A DNA stretch of 64,000 nt from Terriglobia bacterium (GTDB taxonomy: Bacteria > Acidobacteriota > Terriglobia > 20CM-2-55-15). Within the stretch, counting starts at the first letter, position 1, and every line of letters starts with the position of its first letter. Below, piece by piece: positions 51,767 to 63,399 of the stretch. The DNA lies in the NCBI GenBank assembly GCA_965198225.1, contig CBDAOY010000009.1, positions 704,001 to 768,000 on the forward strand, given 5' to 3'. The position numbers and the translations under genes are program-made. Below the pieces are notes generated by a model that saw only the letters and a program-made list of their open reading frames with translations, searched no databases and was not told where the DNA came from.

Positions 51767-54501
51767 ACTCTGGGCCACTACGAGATCACCGACAAGCTCG
51801 GCAAGGGCGGCATGGGTGAGGTGTGGCGGCACAGGACTCGAAGCTGGGTCGTCAGGTTGCCATCAAGACCCTGCCCGAGGAGTTTGCCAAGGACGAAGAA
51901 CGGCTGGCCCGGTTTGAGCGTGAAGCAAAGCTGCTGGCGTCCCTGAACCATCCGAACATCGCAACCATCCACGGAGGAACACGAAGGCACCCGCTTCCTT
52001 GTCCTCGAACTCGTTGAAGGCGACACGCTGGCGGACCGGCTGAAGCGTGGTGCGATCCCCGTTGAGGAATCGCTCAAACTCGTCCTCCAGATAGCGGAAG
52101 CCCTCGAAGCAGCGCATGAGAAGGGCGTCATCCACCGGGATCTCAAGATCTCAAGCCCGCCAACATCAAGATCACACCCGACGGCAAGGTCAAGGTGCTG
52201 GACTTCGGACTGGCGAAGGCGTTTGCCGGAGATGGGGTTGATGCAAACCTGTCGCAGTCGCCGACCCTGAGCATGGCAGCCACGCAACAGGGCGTGATTC
52301 TCGGGACTGCGGCATACATGAGCCCCGAGCAGGCGCGTGGTGAGTTTGCTGACCAACGCGCTGATGTCTGGTCCTTTGGCGTTGTGTTGTTTGAGATGCT
52401 GACGGGACGTGGCACGTTTGAAGGGCACACTGTCTCAGACGTGCTGGCGTCCGTTCTCAAGATCGATCCCGAATGGGACAGCCTCCCGGTAAACCTCCAT
52501 CCGCGACTCCAGCAGCTTCTCGAGCGATGTTTGGAAAAGGGGGCGAAGGACAGGTACCACGGCATCGCTGATGCTCGTGTGGATATTCAGAAGGTACTGG
52601 CTGATCCGGGGTTCAGACATGGGACCGCCGATGGGACTGGAGTCCCTGCGGGCGTCGGTCCGTGGAACCGGCTGACGGTCGCGTTCGCGGCAGTCGCCGC
52701 CGTCCTGGCGGGGACCCTCGCCTGGTCGCTCCTCCGTCCGATGGAGAGGCCCGTCAGCCGCTACAGCATCGAGTTACCTGTCACTCAGCGGAGCGACGGC
52801 CTCGGCTCGAGCGTCGCGGTCTCACCAGACGGGACTCAGATGGTCTACGTGGGTCCGGGGGAACAGGGCCGACAGCTCTGGCTACGCCGACGTGACCAAC
52901 TTCAGGCGACGCCCATCGCGGGCACCGAGGGAGCGCTGCCGCAGAACCCCGTCTTCTCTCCGGACGGCCGGAGGGTGGCCTTCCACGAAGGTGGCGGGGT
53001 TTCTGGCGGGGTCGGCGCGGTCTCACTGAGCGGTGGGTCACCGTTGGCGATCGTGGAGAGCGGCGTTGGAACTGAGGGGCTCGCCTGGAGTCCCGATGGC
53101 TACATCTACTTCCCGGCTCCTGGGACGGGTAGTGCTCTTGTCCGCGTGCCGGAGACGAGCGGCAAGGTGGAGCCGTTCACCGTGCTTGACACGGCCCAGA
53201 GCGAGGCGCGTCACATCTGGCCGCAGGCTCTCCCCAACGGTCGCGGTGTGCTGTTCACGGTGGCCCACCAGCCCGATGCCGACGTCAGCCAGTACGACAT
53301 TGCGGTGGCGGACATGGAGACCGGGGAGCACGAGGGTCTCGTGCGCGGCGTGTTCGCCCGCTACGCGGCGTCGGGGCATCTGGTCTACGTGACGGCGGAC
53401 GGGAGGCTCCTGGCCGCTCCGTTCGATCAGGACGGGCTGCAGCTGGCGGGAGACCCAGTGGCGCTGGCCGAGGGAGTCGGTGTGCGCAGATTCGGTTCGG
53501 TCCACCTCGCGCTGTCGGACGACGGCACGCTCGTGTATCAGGCCGGAGGTGGGAGCGGCGACTCCGAGTTCGTCTGGGTAACGCGCTCGGGCCAGGCGAC
53601 ACCCGTCGATCGTGGATTGACATTCGTTAACCTTAACAACTTCGAGTCGAGGCTTTCACCGGACGGGACGCGGATCGCGTTCAACCCCACGGTTGACGGC
53701 AACCAGGACATCTGGATCAAGCACCTGCCCGACGGTCCGCTGGAGCGGCTCACGTTCGCCGAGGATGATGACTTCAGGCCATTCTGGACGCCCGATGGTC
53801 AGACCGTGACGTACTTCTCGGGTCCCCTCGAAGGGACCGTGCCCAGCCCCGACGTATGGTCTAAGCGTGCTGACGGAACGGGAGAAGCGGTGCTGGTGCT
53901 CGACGAAGAGCGCGGCTTCGCCCAAGGGTCGTGGAGTCCCGATGGCGAGTGGCTCGTGCTCCGCGCCGCGGCAAACGCGGCTTTGGGTCTGGGCCTGCGC
54001 GACATCCTGGCTTTCCATCCGGGCGTGGACAGCGCGGCCATACCGCTGGTGGCGACACCCGAGTTTGCCGAGGGACAACCGGCATTGTCGCCGGACGGGA
54101 GATGGCTGGCGTACAGTTCCAACGAAACGGGCAGCTTCGAGGTGTTCGTGCGTCCGCTCCCCGATGTGAACTCGGCCAGGGTGCGGGTCTCGAGGGACGG
54201 GGGGCTCGGGCCGCTCTGGGCGCACAGCGGGCGTGAGCTGTTCTTCGTGGATGAGGACCGTGGGCTGGTGGCTGCCCAGTTCGATCCAGCCTCGGGGCAG
54301 GTGCTGGCGCAGGAGACGCTGTACACCATACCGGTGGGATATGTCGTGGCACCGGGCGGCAACTTCTACGACATCACGTCAGATGATCAGCGGTTCCTGA
54401 TGGTCCGCCCCTACGAGGGCGAGGGCGAGGCGGCCTCGACCGAGGTCATCGTGGTCGAGAACTTCTTCGAAGAACTGAAGGAACGGGTGCCGGTGCCATG
54501 A
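51767..54501 (+). pseudogene. Kinase-TM-propeller #3 (frameshifts at ~51829, ~51975, ~52140)
   Basis: Kinase motifs spread over frames; intact propeller; ends VVENFFEELKERVPVP. Confidence 0.88.
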
Positions 54502-56920
54502 TCGGCAAGACGCTGGGCCACTACGAGATCACCGACAAGCTCGGCCAGGGCGGGATGGGATCAGTCTGGCTGGCGCAGGACGCGAAGTTAGGGCGTCAGG
54601 TTGCGATCAAGACCCTCCCCGAGGAGTTTGCGCGGGACGAAGAGCGCCTCGCCCGGTTTGAACGTGAGGCGAAGCTGCTGGCCTCTCTGAACCATCCCAA
54701 CATCGCGACGATCCACGGTCTCGAAGAACACGAGGGCACTCAATTTCTTGTCCTTGAACTCGTGGAAGGCGACACGCTTCAGGATCGGCTCAAACGTGGT
54801 GCCATCCCCGTCGAAGAATCCCTCAAGCTGGCCCTCCAGATCGCCGAAGCTCTCGAAGCTGCACACGAGAAGGGCGTCATCCACCGCGATCTGAAGCCGG
54901 GCAATATCAAGGTCACACGAGACGGCAAGGTGAAAGTGCTGGACTTCGGGCTGGCGAAGGCTTTCATTGGCGACGGTGCCGACGCCAGCCTGTCGAACTC
55001 CCCAACTCTGAGTATGGCGGCGACGCAGCAGGGAATCATCCTCGGTACTGCCGCGTACATGAGCCCCGAACAGGCTCGTGGTGAGACCACTTGACAAGAG
55101 GGCGGACATATGGGCATTCGGTGTCGTGTTGTTCGAAATGCTCACCGGGCAAGGGACCTTCGATGGGCGAACGGTGTCGGACGTGTTGGCTGGCGTGCTG
55201 GCGAGGGAACCACAGTGGAACACGCTGCCACTGAACCTTCATCCGCGCATTCGGTTGCTTCTGGAGCGTTGCTTGGAGAAGGAGGCGAAGGACCGGTATC
55301 ACGACATCGCTGACGTGCGCGTGGACATTCAGAAGGTACTCGCCGACACGGGCGGCGAGCTGGCGGCCTCGACACCGGAGGTGGGGCGCTGGAATCGGCG
55401 GACGGTCGCGATGACGGTCCTAGCCGCAATGTTCGCCGTCGTCGCCAGTTGGTCGCTGCTTCGTCCTGTGACTGAACCTCTCGGTTCGGTCGCCCGATTC
55501 GATACGCCGTTCCAGGACGGGCAGGCCCCGACCGGTTGGCTCGAGCTGACCCGGGATGGTTCTGCTCTCATCTATGTGGGTCCCGGAGAGACGAGCGGAG
55601 GGTCGCAGCTGTGGATGCGGAATTGGAACGGACTGGAGGCACGGCCGATTCCGGGAACTGCAGGAGTCGGAGGAAACCGTGCCTTTGCGGTTTCACCGGA
55701 CGGGAGGGAGGTGGCGTTCGTCCAGGGCAATCCGGGCCCGCTGCGGGTGGTGCCGGTTGCCGGGGGACCGGGCCGGACACTGGCAGAAAATGCTCGCACT
55801 GCGTCCTGGTCCGACGATGGATGGCTCTACTTCATGGGCCTGGACTTCGCCATCAGCCGCGTGCCGGATACCGGCGGCGAGATCGAAACGGTGACCCAGC
55901 TTGCGGAGCGAGACCGCAGACACACCCCCCATCCCATGCCCGGTGGGAAGGTCTTGCTGTACACCGTGGTGGGCCGCGGCGATCTATACGGCAGTGACGC
56001 AGCCATTTGGTCGATGGACATGGAGACGGGCGAGCGGAAGATGATGACAGCGGGATCGATGGCGCGTTACGCGGCGTCAGGGCACCTGCTGTCAGCACTC
56101 CGGACAGGCACTTGATGGCCGCGCCGTTCGATATGGCGAGTGCGGCGTTCACAGGGAATGCCGTTCCTGTTGTGGACGGCCTGACGCGCGGAAGATCCGG
56201 TGTTGCGGCCTTTAGCGTGTCGGAGGACGGCAGTCTCGTCTATCGTGCGGGCGGGGGTTCTGGCGTGCGCGAGTTCGTTTGGGTGACCCGTTCGGGTGAG
56301 GCGAGCCCGGTCAGCCCGGGCGAAACGCTCCGTTGGACAAATCAGGGGCAGAATAGTGGCCTGCGGCTGTCTCCGGATGGCCGCCGGGTGGCGTTCACGA
56401 ACGAAACGAACGGGAATGTGGACATCTGGACCAAGGTACTGCCAGATGGCCCGATGTCCCGCCTCACCTTCGATGATGCTCTGGAACAGCTCCCGGCCTG
56501 GACGCCCGATGGCCGGGAGATCACGTTCGCGTCGAGGCGGGGGAACTCGAATTCTGTCGGTCCCGGCCAATTTTATCGCGTGTGGCAGCGGCCGGCCAAC
56601 GGCACGGCGGAGGCCGAGTTGGTCTACGGAGACTCGGACTCCCCGAGTGGGGAGGGTGTCTGGAGCCCGGACGGGTGGCTGGTGGTCCGCAGGAACCCCG
56701 CCCCACCCGAACACCCCACCTCAGACATCATCGGGCTGCGACCCGGCGAGGACGGCGAAGCGGAGCCGCTGGTCGTGAGCGACAGGTTTCATGAACAGTA
56801 CCCTGCAGTCTCGCGGGACGGCCGCTGGCTGGCGTACATATCCAACGAGACGGGCCGTGATGCGGTCTTCGTGCGGCCCTTCCCGAACGTCACCGACGGG
56901 AAGTGGCAGATTTCAAACGA
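54498..56920 (+). pseudogene. Kinase-TM-propeller #4 (frameshifts at ~55088, ~56095; cut by IS1595)
   Basis: ORFs 54498-55094, 55078-56115 and 56007-56954 form one collinear paralogue. Confidence 0.88.
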
Positions 56921-57962
56921 AGGGGAGTATACGCTTACCTTGACACGCCCATAGGGATCTTATACACTTATCCCTATGAATAAAAAGACCTCTAGAGCCA
57001 AAGGCCCTGGAAAAGCTCACCGCGTCGGAATCTCCATTATGGACCTGCAGGATATGTTTCCAGATGAAGACTCCGCCATCAAGTGGTTCGAGTCCACCTA
57101 CTGGGCGAATGAGCGATGCTGCGGCCACTGCGGAAGCACGGCCACCAGTGAAGTCCCAAAGCGGAAGCCGATGCCGTACTGGTGCAAAGACTGCCGAAGC
57201 TACTTCAGCGTCCGCACCGGGACAGCACTTCAAAACTCACGGCTCCCGCTCCGCAAGTGGGCGATTGCGGTCTACCTCTACGTGACGAATCTCAAGAGCG
57301 TGTCCAGCGTCAAGTTGCACCGGGACATCAAGGTCCGACAAGCTACTGCGTGGTTCATGCTGCACCGGATCAGACAGGCATGGGACGCCAGCGGCGTCGA
57401 GCCATTCGATGGTCCAGTCGAGGTTGACGAGACGTTCATGGGCGGTAAGCGCCGGAACATGCCCAACGCGAAACGGAAGAAACTGACGGGCCGCGGGAGC
57501 GCCGGAAAGACTGCCGTAGTCGGTGCAAAGGATCGGGCGACCAACAAGATCCGGGCACGAGTGGTCCGGCGTACAGACGGTGCCACGCTGAAAGGATTCA
57601 TCCACGAGAACACCGAACCCACCACGAAGGTCTACACCGACGAGGCCTCGGCCTACGAGAACCTGGCGCGTCCTCACGAGTCGGTGAAGCACTCGGTTGG
57701 AGAGTACGTGAGAGACCAGGCGCACACCAACGGGATCGAGAGCTTCTGGAGCATGCTGAAGCGAGCCCACAAGGGGACGTTCCACCGGCTCTCCCCGAAG
57801 CACCTGGATCGCTACGTTCAGGAGTTTGCCTGGAGGCACAACATCAGGGAGCGGGACACGATTGAGCAGATGCGGTCGGTCGTGGCGGGTCTGGTGGGGC
57901 GACAGCTCATGTACAGCGAGTTGATCTCCGCAAACGGGCTGTCGGCTTACGCCGAGGACTAG
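56921..57962 (+). mobile_element. IS1595-family element (transposase 56976-57962); right end not identified
   Basis: Zn ribbon CGHCG..CKDCR, VEVDETFMGG, YTDE, HTNGIESFWS, YVQEFAWRHN. Confidence 0.92.
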
Positions 57963-58255
57963 CGGTGGGGTTCCTTCTTGAGTTCGCGCACATCCTCTTT
58001 CAGTTCGCTCACGTCACCCTTGAGCTCGCTGACATCGCCTTTGACTTCGGCCATATCCTCTTTCAGGCCATCAACGTCCCGTGACACGGCCTGGAGCTTC
58101 TGGTTCACTTCGACGAATCCTTCACGGGTTTCCTTGCGTAACGCATTCACATCGTTACCCACGGTTTCCACGTCCTTGCGGATCGGCTTGACCTCTTCCT
58201 GAAACACGCGCCGGATCGCTTTCACCAGCAAGTCATTTTCGTTTCTGCCTTCCAT
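57959..58255 (-). CDS. Small coiled-coil heptad-repeat protein (possible IS passenger)
   Basis: LKEDMAE VKGDVSE LKGDVSE LKEDVRE; GGGAG RBS. Confidence 0.7.
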   Translation of the reverse strand: MEGRNENDLLVKAIRRVFQEEVKPIRKDVETVGNDVNALRKETREGFVEVNQKLQAVSRDVDGLKEDMAEVKGDVSELKGDVSELKEDVRELKKEPHR

Positions 58256-58663
58256 AACTCCCACTATGGGTCAGTATGCCAACTCTGTCAATATTGATTG
58301 ACAAAGCCATGATAGCCCGTCAGAGTTCCGCCAGCCACTTTTCAACAGAGAACCCGTTGAGTCGGGCTTCCTGCTGAAATACAACAGCCTGATTATAACT
58401 CGGGAACGGGTAGCTCCCTTTAACCGACTGGCGAATACGGCGGGACTCTTCCCACGATCTCTGTGTGAAAAGTGGCAAAGCCCGACGCCTGCGTAAATGG
58501 CATGCCCAGGGATCTATCAGAGAACACAATAACGAGGCCGACAGGTGCTGGTCACAGCCACCGGCCTCTGAACCCGATCCTCCTACCGAGCAGGAAGAAC
58601 GGAGATCGAAAAATTGTAACATTCCTCCCTTCTTGGTGTGCGTGGATCGCCCGGAGGGAGTTC

Positions 58664-59254
58664 ATGCCCGCACTGCTCGTCCTTGTTTCCTTGATCCTTG
58701 TCACATGCCCGAAGCCAGCAACCGCCCAGGCGCATGGGGATACCAGCGGGGCCATTTCGCTGGAGGAACTGGCGCGCCGATTCAGCGATGACGACTCGTA
58801 CGACGAAGCGCTAGAAGCGCTCACGTCTTTTGGCATGGCGCGGCATGTCTACCCGCTGTACAACGCTTGCCGCCCGATGACCTTCATCAGCACCATCGAG
58901 AGCCCGATCGGGACCGCAGCCGACATCGGCTTGACCGATCCGCTCCTCCGAGATGCAGTAGAGCGCCGCCTGAGATCCGCCCGCCTGTACGCTTCCGATC
59001 CCGTAACTGGAAACCCGTTCCTGCACGTCCATGTCCAGGTTCTGAGCAGGGCTTTTCACGTATCAGCCATGCTTCAGAAAAGGGTGGAGGATCCGGAGTT
59101 CGATATAGATGGAATAGCGACCACCTGGATGAAGGGCGGGCCAGGTGTGCATGGAGGCGATTTGAGTTTAGTCTTGCCTGCGGTGGATCTTGTCATGAAC
59201 GCATTCATCCTGGAGTACCTGCGCGTCAACGAGACGGCCTGCGGCGGGCCATAG
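58664..59254 (+). CDS. Secreted hypothetical protein
   Basis: GGAGGGAG RBS, signal peptide; LYNACRPM..RRLRSARLY..YLRVNETAC. Confidence 0.65.
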   Translation: MPALLVLVSLILVTCPKPATAQAHGDTSGAISLEELARRFSDDDSYDEALEALTSFGMARHVYPLYNACRPMTFISTIESPIGTAADIGLTDPLLRDAVERRLRSARLYASDPVTGNPFLHVHVQVLSRAFHVSAMLQKRVEDPEFDIDGIATTWMKGGPGVHGGDLSLVLPAVDLVMNAFILEYLRVNETACGGP

Positions 59255-59304
59255 ATGCACGGCCTCGCCCTAGTACTCGCCGCCCACCACGAGGCCGTGC
59301 CAGA

Positions 59305-59581
59305 GAAGTTCTTTCGGAACCGTGCCACGAATGAGATCGCGGTGGCGACGTTTTCGACAACGGAGAAGTCGTTCGAGCTTGGCTCTGTCACGCCCCTGTT
59401 CCGGATGCCGGGCGACAATTTCGACAATCGGGCGAATCGTCCGAGAATGTACGACGTCGCACTGGACGACCAGAGCTTCCTGACGACCCGATCAGTCGAC
59501 ACCGAAACCGCCGCGACCTCCGTGATCCTCGTCCTGAACTTCTTCGAAGAGTTGAAGCGTCTGGTTCCGACGGACAATTAG
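59305..59581 (+). pseudogene. Orphan C-terminal tail of a kinase-propeller paralogue
   Basis: YDVALDDQSFL..ILVLNFFEELKRLVPTDN. Confidence 0.85.
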
Positions 59582-59761
59582 CAGCAATGCTCCGACAATC
59601 CACTCGGCAGCGATCGAAGGCCTGTCTCCGGTCGGTCAGGGCGTATCAATCCACGACTGTATCGTCGCCTACACGTACATGTGGATTGTTTCGGAAGGTA
59701 GAAGCGGGGGGGCTGATAGTTTCATTGACCTGAAATCCAGCCTGTAGTCTGATCTATTCCG

Positions 59762-59840
59762 ATGCAATCCGGCACCCACCTCAACCATTACGAGATCCAG
59801 ACTCAACCGGGCGTAGGAGGAATGGGTGAAGTCCGCGAGG
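59762..59840 (+). pseudogene. Orphan kinase N-terminal remnant
   Basis: Manual translation MQSGTHLNHYEIQTQPGVGGMGEV. Confidence 0.75.
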
Positions 59841-59878
59841 AGGCCTGACGAGCTCGTAAAGCTCACACCCCAATCACC

Positions 59879-60214
59879 ATGATGAGAATCATCATCGACG
59901 TGCTCGCAACCTCGGGGCTCCTCTACGCGCTTGCGTCAGTGCTGCCCGCCGTGCGCCTGAAATCGTTCCGCTCGGCGTTGAGCGTCGCGCTGGTCTACGG
60001 CCTGTTGAATTACTTTCTCTTCTGGCTGTTGGCGCTGATCGCCTTCATCCCGATGCTGCTGACCTTCGGCTTGTTCGGGTTGGTCATCAACGCGGTCCTG
60101 CTGTGGCTGACCGACAAGCTGATCGAAGACTTCGAGATCGATTCGTTGCGTATGACTTTGCTCATGGCGGTGTTGCTGACGGTGGGGAAGCTCGTGCTGC
60201 GCGCGATCCTCTGA
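59879..60214 (+). CDS. 4-TMS phage-holin-family (YvlD-like) membrane protein
   Basis: ALVYGLLN..LLTFGLFGLVINAVLLWLTDKLIEDFEIDS. Confidence 0.85.
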   Translation: MMRIIIDVLATSGLLYALASVLPAVRLKSFRSALSVALVYGLLNYFLFWLLALIAFIPMLLTFGLFGLVINAVLLWLTDKLIEDFEIDSLRMTLLMAVLLTVGKLVLRAIL

Positions 60215-60667
60215 CGGGCAAGGTGCTCAGCGTTTTCAACGGTACGCCTACCATTTGCCCCAGAACTTTCCGCCAACATCCTCCGGAACAGATCTGTAGG
60301 ATTTCCACATGCCTGGTATGTCGTTAGCGTTCATCGGAAGTGCCGCGGCGAGCGCGGCCACAGGATGAGCGAGAAGTTCCCACCGCGGCAGTTTCGATAA
60401 CAAGACTTGAAGGAGGGCGCTGGCCGAATGCGGCGGACGCGGTGGGCTATGGAGAAAGTAGCCGGAAGCGGGCCGGATCTGGAGTGGCGTTGGGGCGAGG
60501 AGGGGGACCGGCGGTCGATGACCGCGTCGATGGTGTGAATCGGAAAGCAGTTGGGTCGGGGAATCGGTGGGTTGAAAGGACGGGATCTGAGGGGATTTTG
60601 CAGCGGAGGCACACTCCGGCGAGGACGTGGCTGAACCGCACGTCGGTCGTCGGTTTGTGAAGGAGGA

Positions 60668-61837
60668 TTAGGACGTATCGCATTGGAAGGCGAGCCTCGC
60701 TACGAGTTGCAGAGCGGTGAAGCGTTGGATGAGAGTCATCGGTCCCTGACAGTGCGGACACGACCAGGAAGAGTTCGAGGTGGTGGTTTCGTCAGATTCG
60801 ACCCTCGGCATGGCATCGAGGAGTTGGCGACAGAGAGCGAAGGCGGCCGACCGGCGGTAGTTGGCCATGAATCCGAAGTGTCGGATGCGGACGAAGCCCT
60901 TCGGCAGAACGTGCAATAAGAACCGTCGGATGAACTCGTCGGCCGCGAGTGTCATGATGCGACTCTTGTTGCCATTGCGGTAATCCCGCCAACGGAACCG
61001 GACCCGGTTACCGTCAAACGAGATCAATCGATGGTTGGAGATGGCGACCCGATGGGTGTAGCGGCCCAGGTAGCGGAGCACCTGTTCGGGGCCACCAAAG
61101 GGTCGTTTGATATAGACGACCCAGTTGCGGGAATGGATCTGGCGGCGGAACCGCCGAAAGTGTTGCGGTTCGCCGAAGGGTCGAATCGAGCCGGACAGTT
61201 CGAGCGAACCGTCGGCGATCGCTCGCCCGAGCCCGTCGATGAACTTGCCACGGAAGACTCGGGCGAGCACCTGCTTGGGGAGGAAGAAGCGCCCAGAACC
61301 CGGAATCCAACGGGACTGATCCGGAGCCAGTCCGCCGGCCGGTACCACGCAGTGGATGTGGGGATGGAACTCCAGGTTCTGACTCCAGGTATGCAGGATG
61401 CCGAAGAAGCCGATCCGGGCGCCGAGTCGTTTCGGATTGGCCGCCACCTCGATCATCGTGTCGGCCACGCTGCGAAACAGCAGGCTGTAGAGTAGGGCAG
61501 GGTTGTGGAAGAAGAACGGATGGAACTGGTGCGGGACGGTGAACACGACGTGGAAGTAGGGGGTGGGCAGCAGTTCGGCTTCTCGTGCTTCGAGCCACCG
61601 TCGTCGGGCCTGGGTCTGACACTTCGGGCAGTGGCGGTTGCGGCAGGAGTTGAACGAGATTCCGGACTCCCGGCCACAATCGGCACACCGGTCGATGTGG
61701 CCACCCAGAGCCGCAGTACGACAGTTCAGGATGGCGCGCAGGACCTTGAGCTTCTGGATGCCGAGGCGGTGACGCTGGAGGAAACCTCGAACCCGGGCGC
61801 GGACGATGTCGGCCACCTCGACGGCGGGCCGGCTCAT
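60668..61837 (-). CDS. IS91-family (HUH Y2) transposase with Zn-binding domain
   Basis: CRTAALGG..NSCRNRHCPKC, HPHIHCVV, YLGRYTHR, FVRIRHFG. Confidence 0.93.
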   Translation of the reverse strand: MSRPAVEVADIVRARVRGFLQRHRLGIQKLKVLRAILNCRTAALGGHIDRCADCGRESGISFNSCRNRHCPKCQTQARRRWLEAREAELLPTPYFHVVFTVPHQFHPFFFHNPALLYSLLFRSVADTMIEVAANPKRLGARIGFFGILHTWSQNLEFHPHIHCVVPAGGLAPDQSRWIPGSGRFFLPKQVLARVFRGKFIDGLGRAIADGSLELSGSIRPFGEPQHFRRFRRQIHSRNWVVYIKRPFGGPEQVLRYLGRYTHRVAISNHRLISFDGNRVRFRWRDYRNGNKSRIMTLAADEFIRRFLLHVLPKGFVRIRHFGFMANYRRSAAFALCRQLLDAMPRVESDETTTSNSSWSCPHCQGPMTLIQRFTALQLVARLAFQCDTS

Positions 61838-62724
61838 TCGCCTTTCTTCTTTCTCAGACGGGGAGACGGTCCCAGATCGGGAACCGGAAGAGAATCGATC
61901 GGGTTCACCACGCGCTGCATGTGCGCCTGAGACAAATGGAGATAGAGGGTCGTCGCTTCCAGATCGACATGACCCAACAGGAGCTGGATGGTTCGCAGGT
62001 CGGTTCCCCTCTCCAGCAGGTGGGTGGCCCAGCTGTGGCGCAGCGTATGTGGGGATACTTTCTTTTTGATGCCGGCACGTTGGGCGGCTTGTTGGACGGC
62101 GTACCAAACCGTCTTCACATCGATGGGCTGTCCGGGCCGGGTCCGGAGCAAACTGGGGAAGAGGTACTCGCCGGGTTTCCGCCAACGCCAGTAGTCGCGC
62201 AGGACTTCCAGCAGTTTCGGTGACAGCGGCACGTCGCGGTCGCGATTGCCTTTACCCTGCCTCACATGGATCACCATGCGTTCGCTATCGACGTCCTCGA
62301 CCTTCAGACGACACAGCTCGGCCCGCCGCAGTCCCGTCGAATACAAGGTCATCAGGATGACGAAGTGATAGGCACTGTTGGCGGAGGCCAGCAGTTGCGC
62401 CACTTCCTCTTCGCTCAGAATCGTGGGCAACCGGGACGGCTGTTTCGGATAGACCAGATCGACCTGGTGATAGGGACGGCGAAGCACCTTCACGTAGAAG
62501 AACCGGAGTGCGGCGATCCGTCCGATGATGGTGTCGACAGCGAGCTTGCGCTCCTGAAGCAGATGCAGCTGGTACTGCCGCATCTGTTCCTGTTCGAGCT
62601 TGTCGGGGGACTTCCCGAAGTAGCGGGCGAAGTCTTCGACCGCGTGAAGATACAGCCGAATCGTAGCGGGTGAGTAGTTCCGGCGCTGGAGTTCCTCCAG
62701 CATCCGTTGTCGCAGCTTCGTCAT
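61834..62724 (-). CDS. Tyrosine recombinase/integrase
   Basis: TGLRRAE, GKGNRDR, HTLRHSWATHLL, LLGHVDLEATTLYLH; ATGA overlap with the transposase. Confidence 0.93.
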   Translation of the reverse strand: MTKLRQRMLEELQRRNYSPATIRLYLHAVEDFARYFGKSPDKLEQEQMRQYQLHLLQERKLAVDTIIGRIAALRFFYVKVLRRPYHQVDLVYPKQPSRLPTILSEEEVAQLLASANSAYHFVILMTLYSTGLRRAELCRLKVEDVDSERMVIHVRQGKGNRDRDVPLSPKLLEVLRDYWRWRKPGEYLFPSLLRTRPGQPIDVKTVWYAVQQAAQRAGIKKKVSPHTLRHSWATHLLERGTDLRTIQLLLGHVDLEATTLYLHLSQAHMQRVVNPIDSLPVPDLGPSPRLRKKKGE

Positions 62725-62967
62725 GTGAGCCTCCTTGTGAGGCTCACACTCTATCGGGGGCTCATCACTCTTCGCTCAGCACACGCGTAGCGTCCGCCGC
62801 GCCAGCGGCTTCGTTCAAGTCGCCTACACTTCCTTGTGGATCTCGTCGGGAAAGCCGGGGGTCTGAATGTTCATCCAGTGGCCTTTGTCGTTCCGTTAGC
62901 AAGAGGACACTTTCTATTCGTTCACAAATGACTAAGAATCTGAATGCTGAATTATTTGAGGTGACAA

Positions 62968-63117
62968 ATGTCTGCAAGAAATGGTGACAAGGCGCGCTTC
63001 AACCGTCTGCGCAAGGCAAAACTTCGGATGAGAGAACGTATCCGGGAAGTTCGAAAAGCACTGCAGGAACGAACCGCACGAGCAAATCCGAAGAAGAGTA
63101 CGACGCAAGGGGCTTGA
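62968..63117 (+). CDS. Small basic protein (49 aa)
   Basis: GAGGTG RBS; MSARNGDKARFNRLRKAKLRMRERIREVRK; below the ORF-track cut-off. Confidence 0.55.
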   Translation: MSARNGDKARFNRLRKAKLRMRERIREVRKALQERTARANPKKSTTQGA

Positions 63118-63189
63118 GGTCAATGCAGTGGGCACTTTTCTTGTTAGCGCCCATGCACATCTACGAGTAGCCGACCGACCGCCGAAACC

Positions 63190-63258
63190 GGTTCGATCCC
63201 GATCACAGTTGTTCTGAACTGATTCGAGGAACTGAAGGAACGTGTGCCAGTGCCTTAG
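63190..63258 (+). pseudogene. Second orphan kinase-propeller C-terminal tail
   Basis: ITVVLN*FEELKERVPVP* (probable TGG>TGA). Confidence 0.8.
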
Positions 63259-63399
63259 GGATCTGTGTTCGAGCCTTCTGCCCCCGACAAACCCTCTCGA
63301 TCCGCCCCACTGCCCTCAATCCACCTTGCCGTATAGTCGCCATACCGGAGATGTGCCGTTATGATTGACCCCGACCCCTTCCTGTCGTTTCATCATCCA

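Larger units (their letters stand above)
60404..62821 (-). mobile_element. Two-gene element: tyrosine recombinase + IS91-like Y2 transposase, bounded by imperfect inverted repeats
   Basis: Ends GACTTGAAGGAGGGCGCTGGC..GCGGCGGACGC (60404-60440) and its inverse (62790-62821). Confidence 0.85.
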
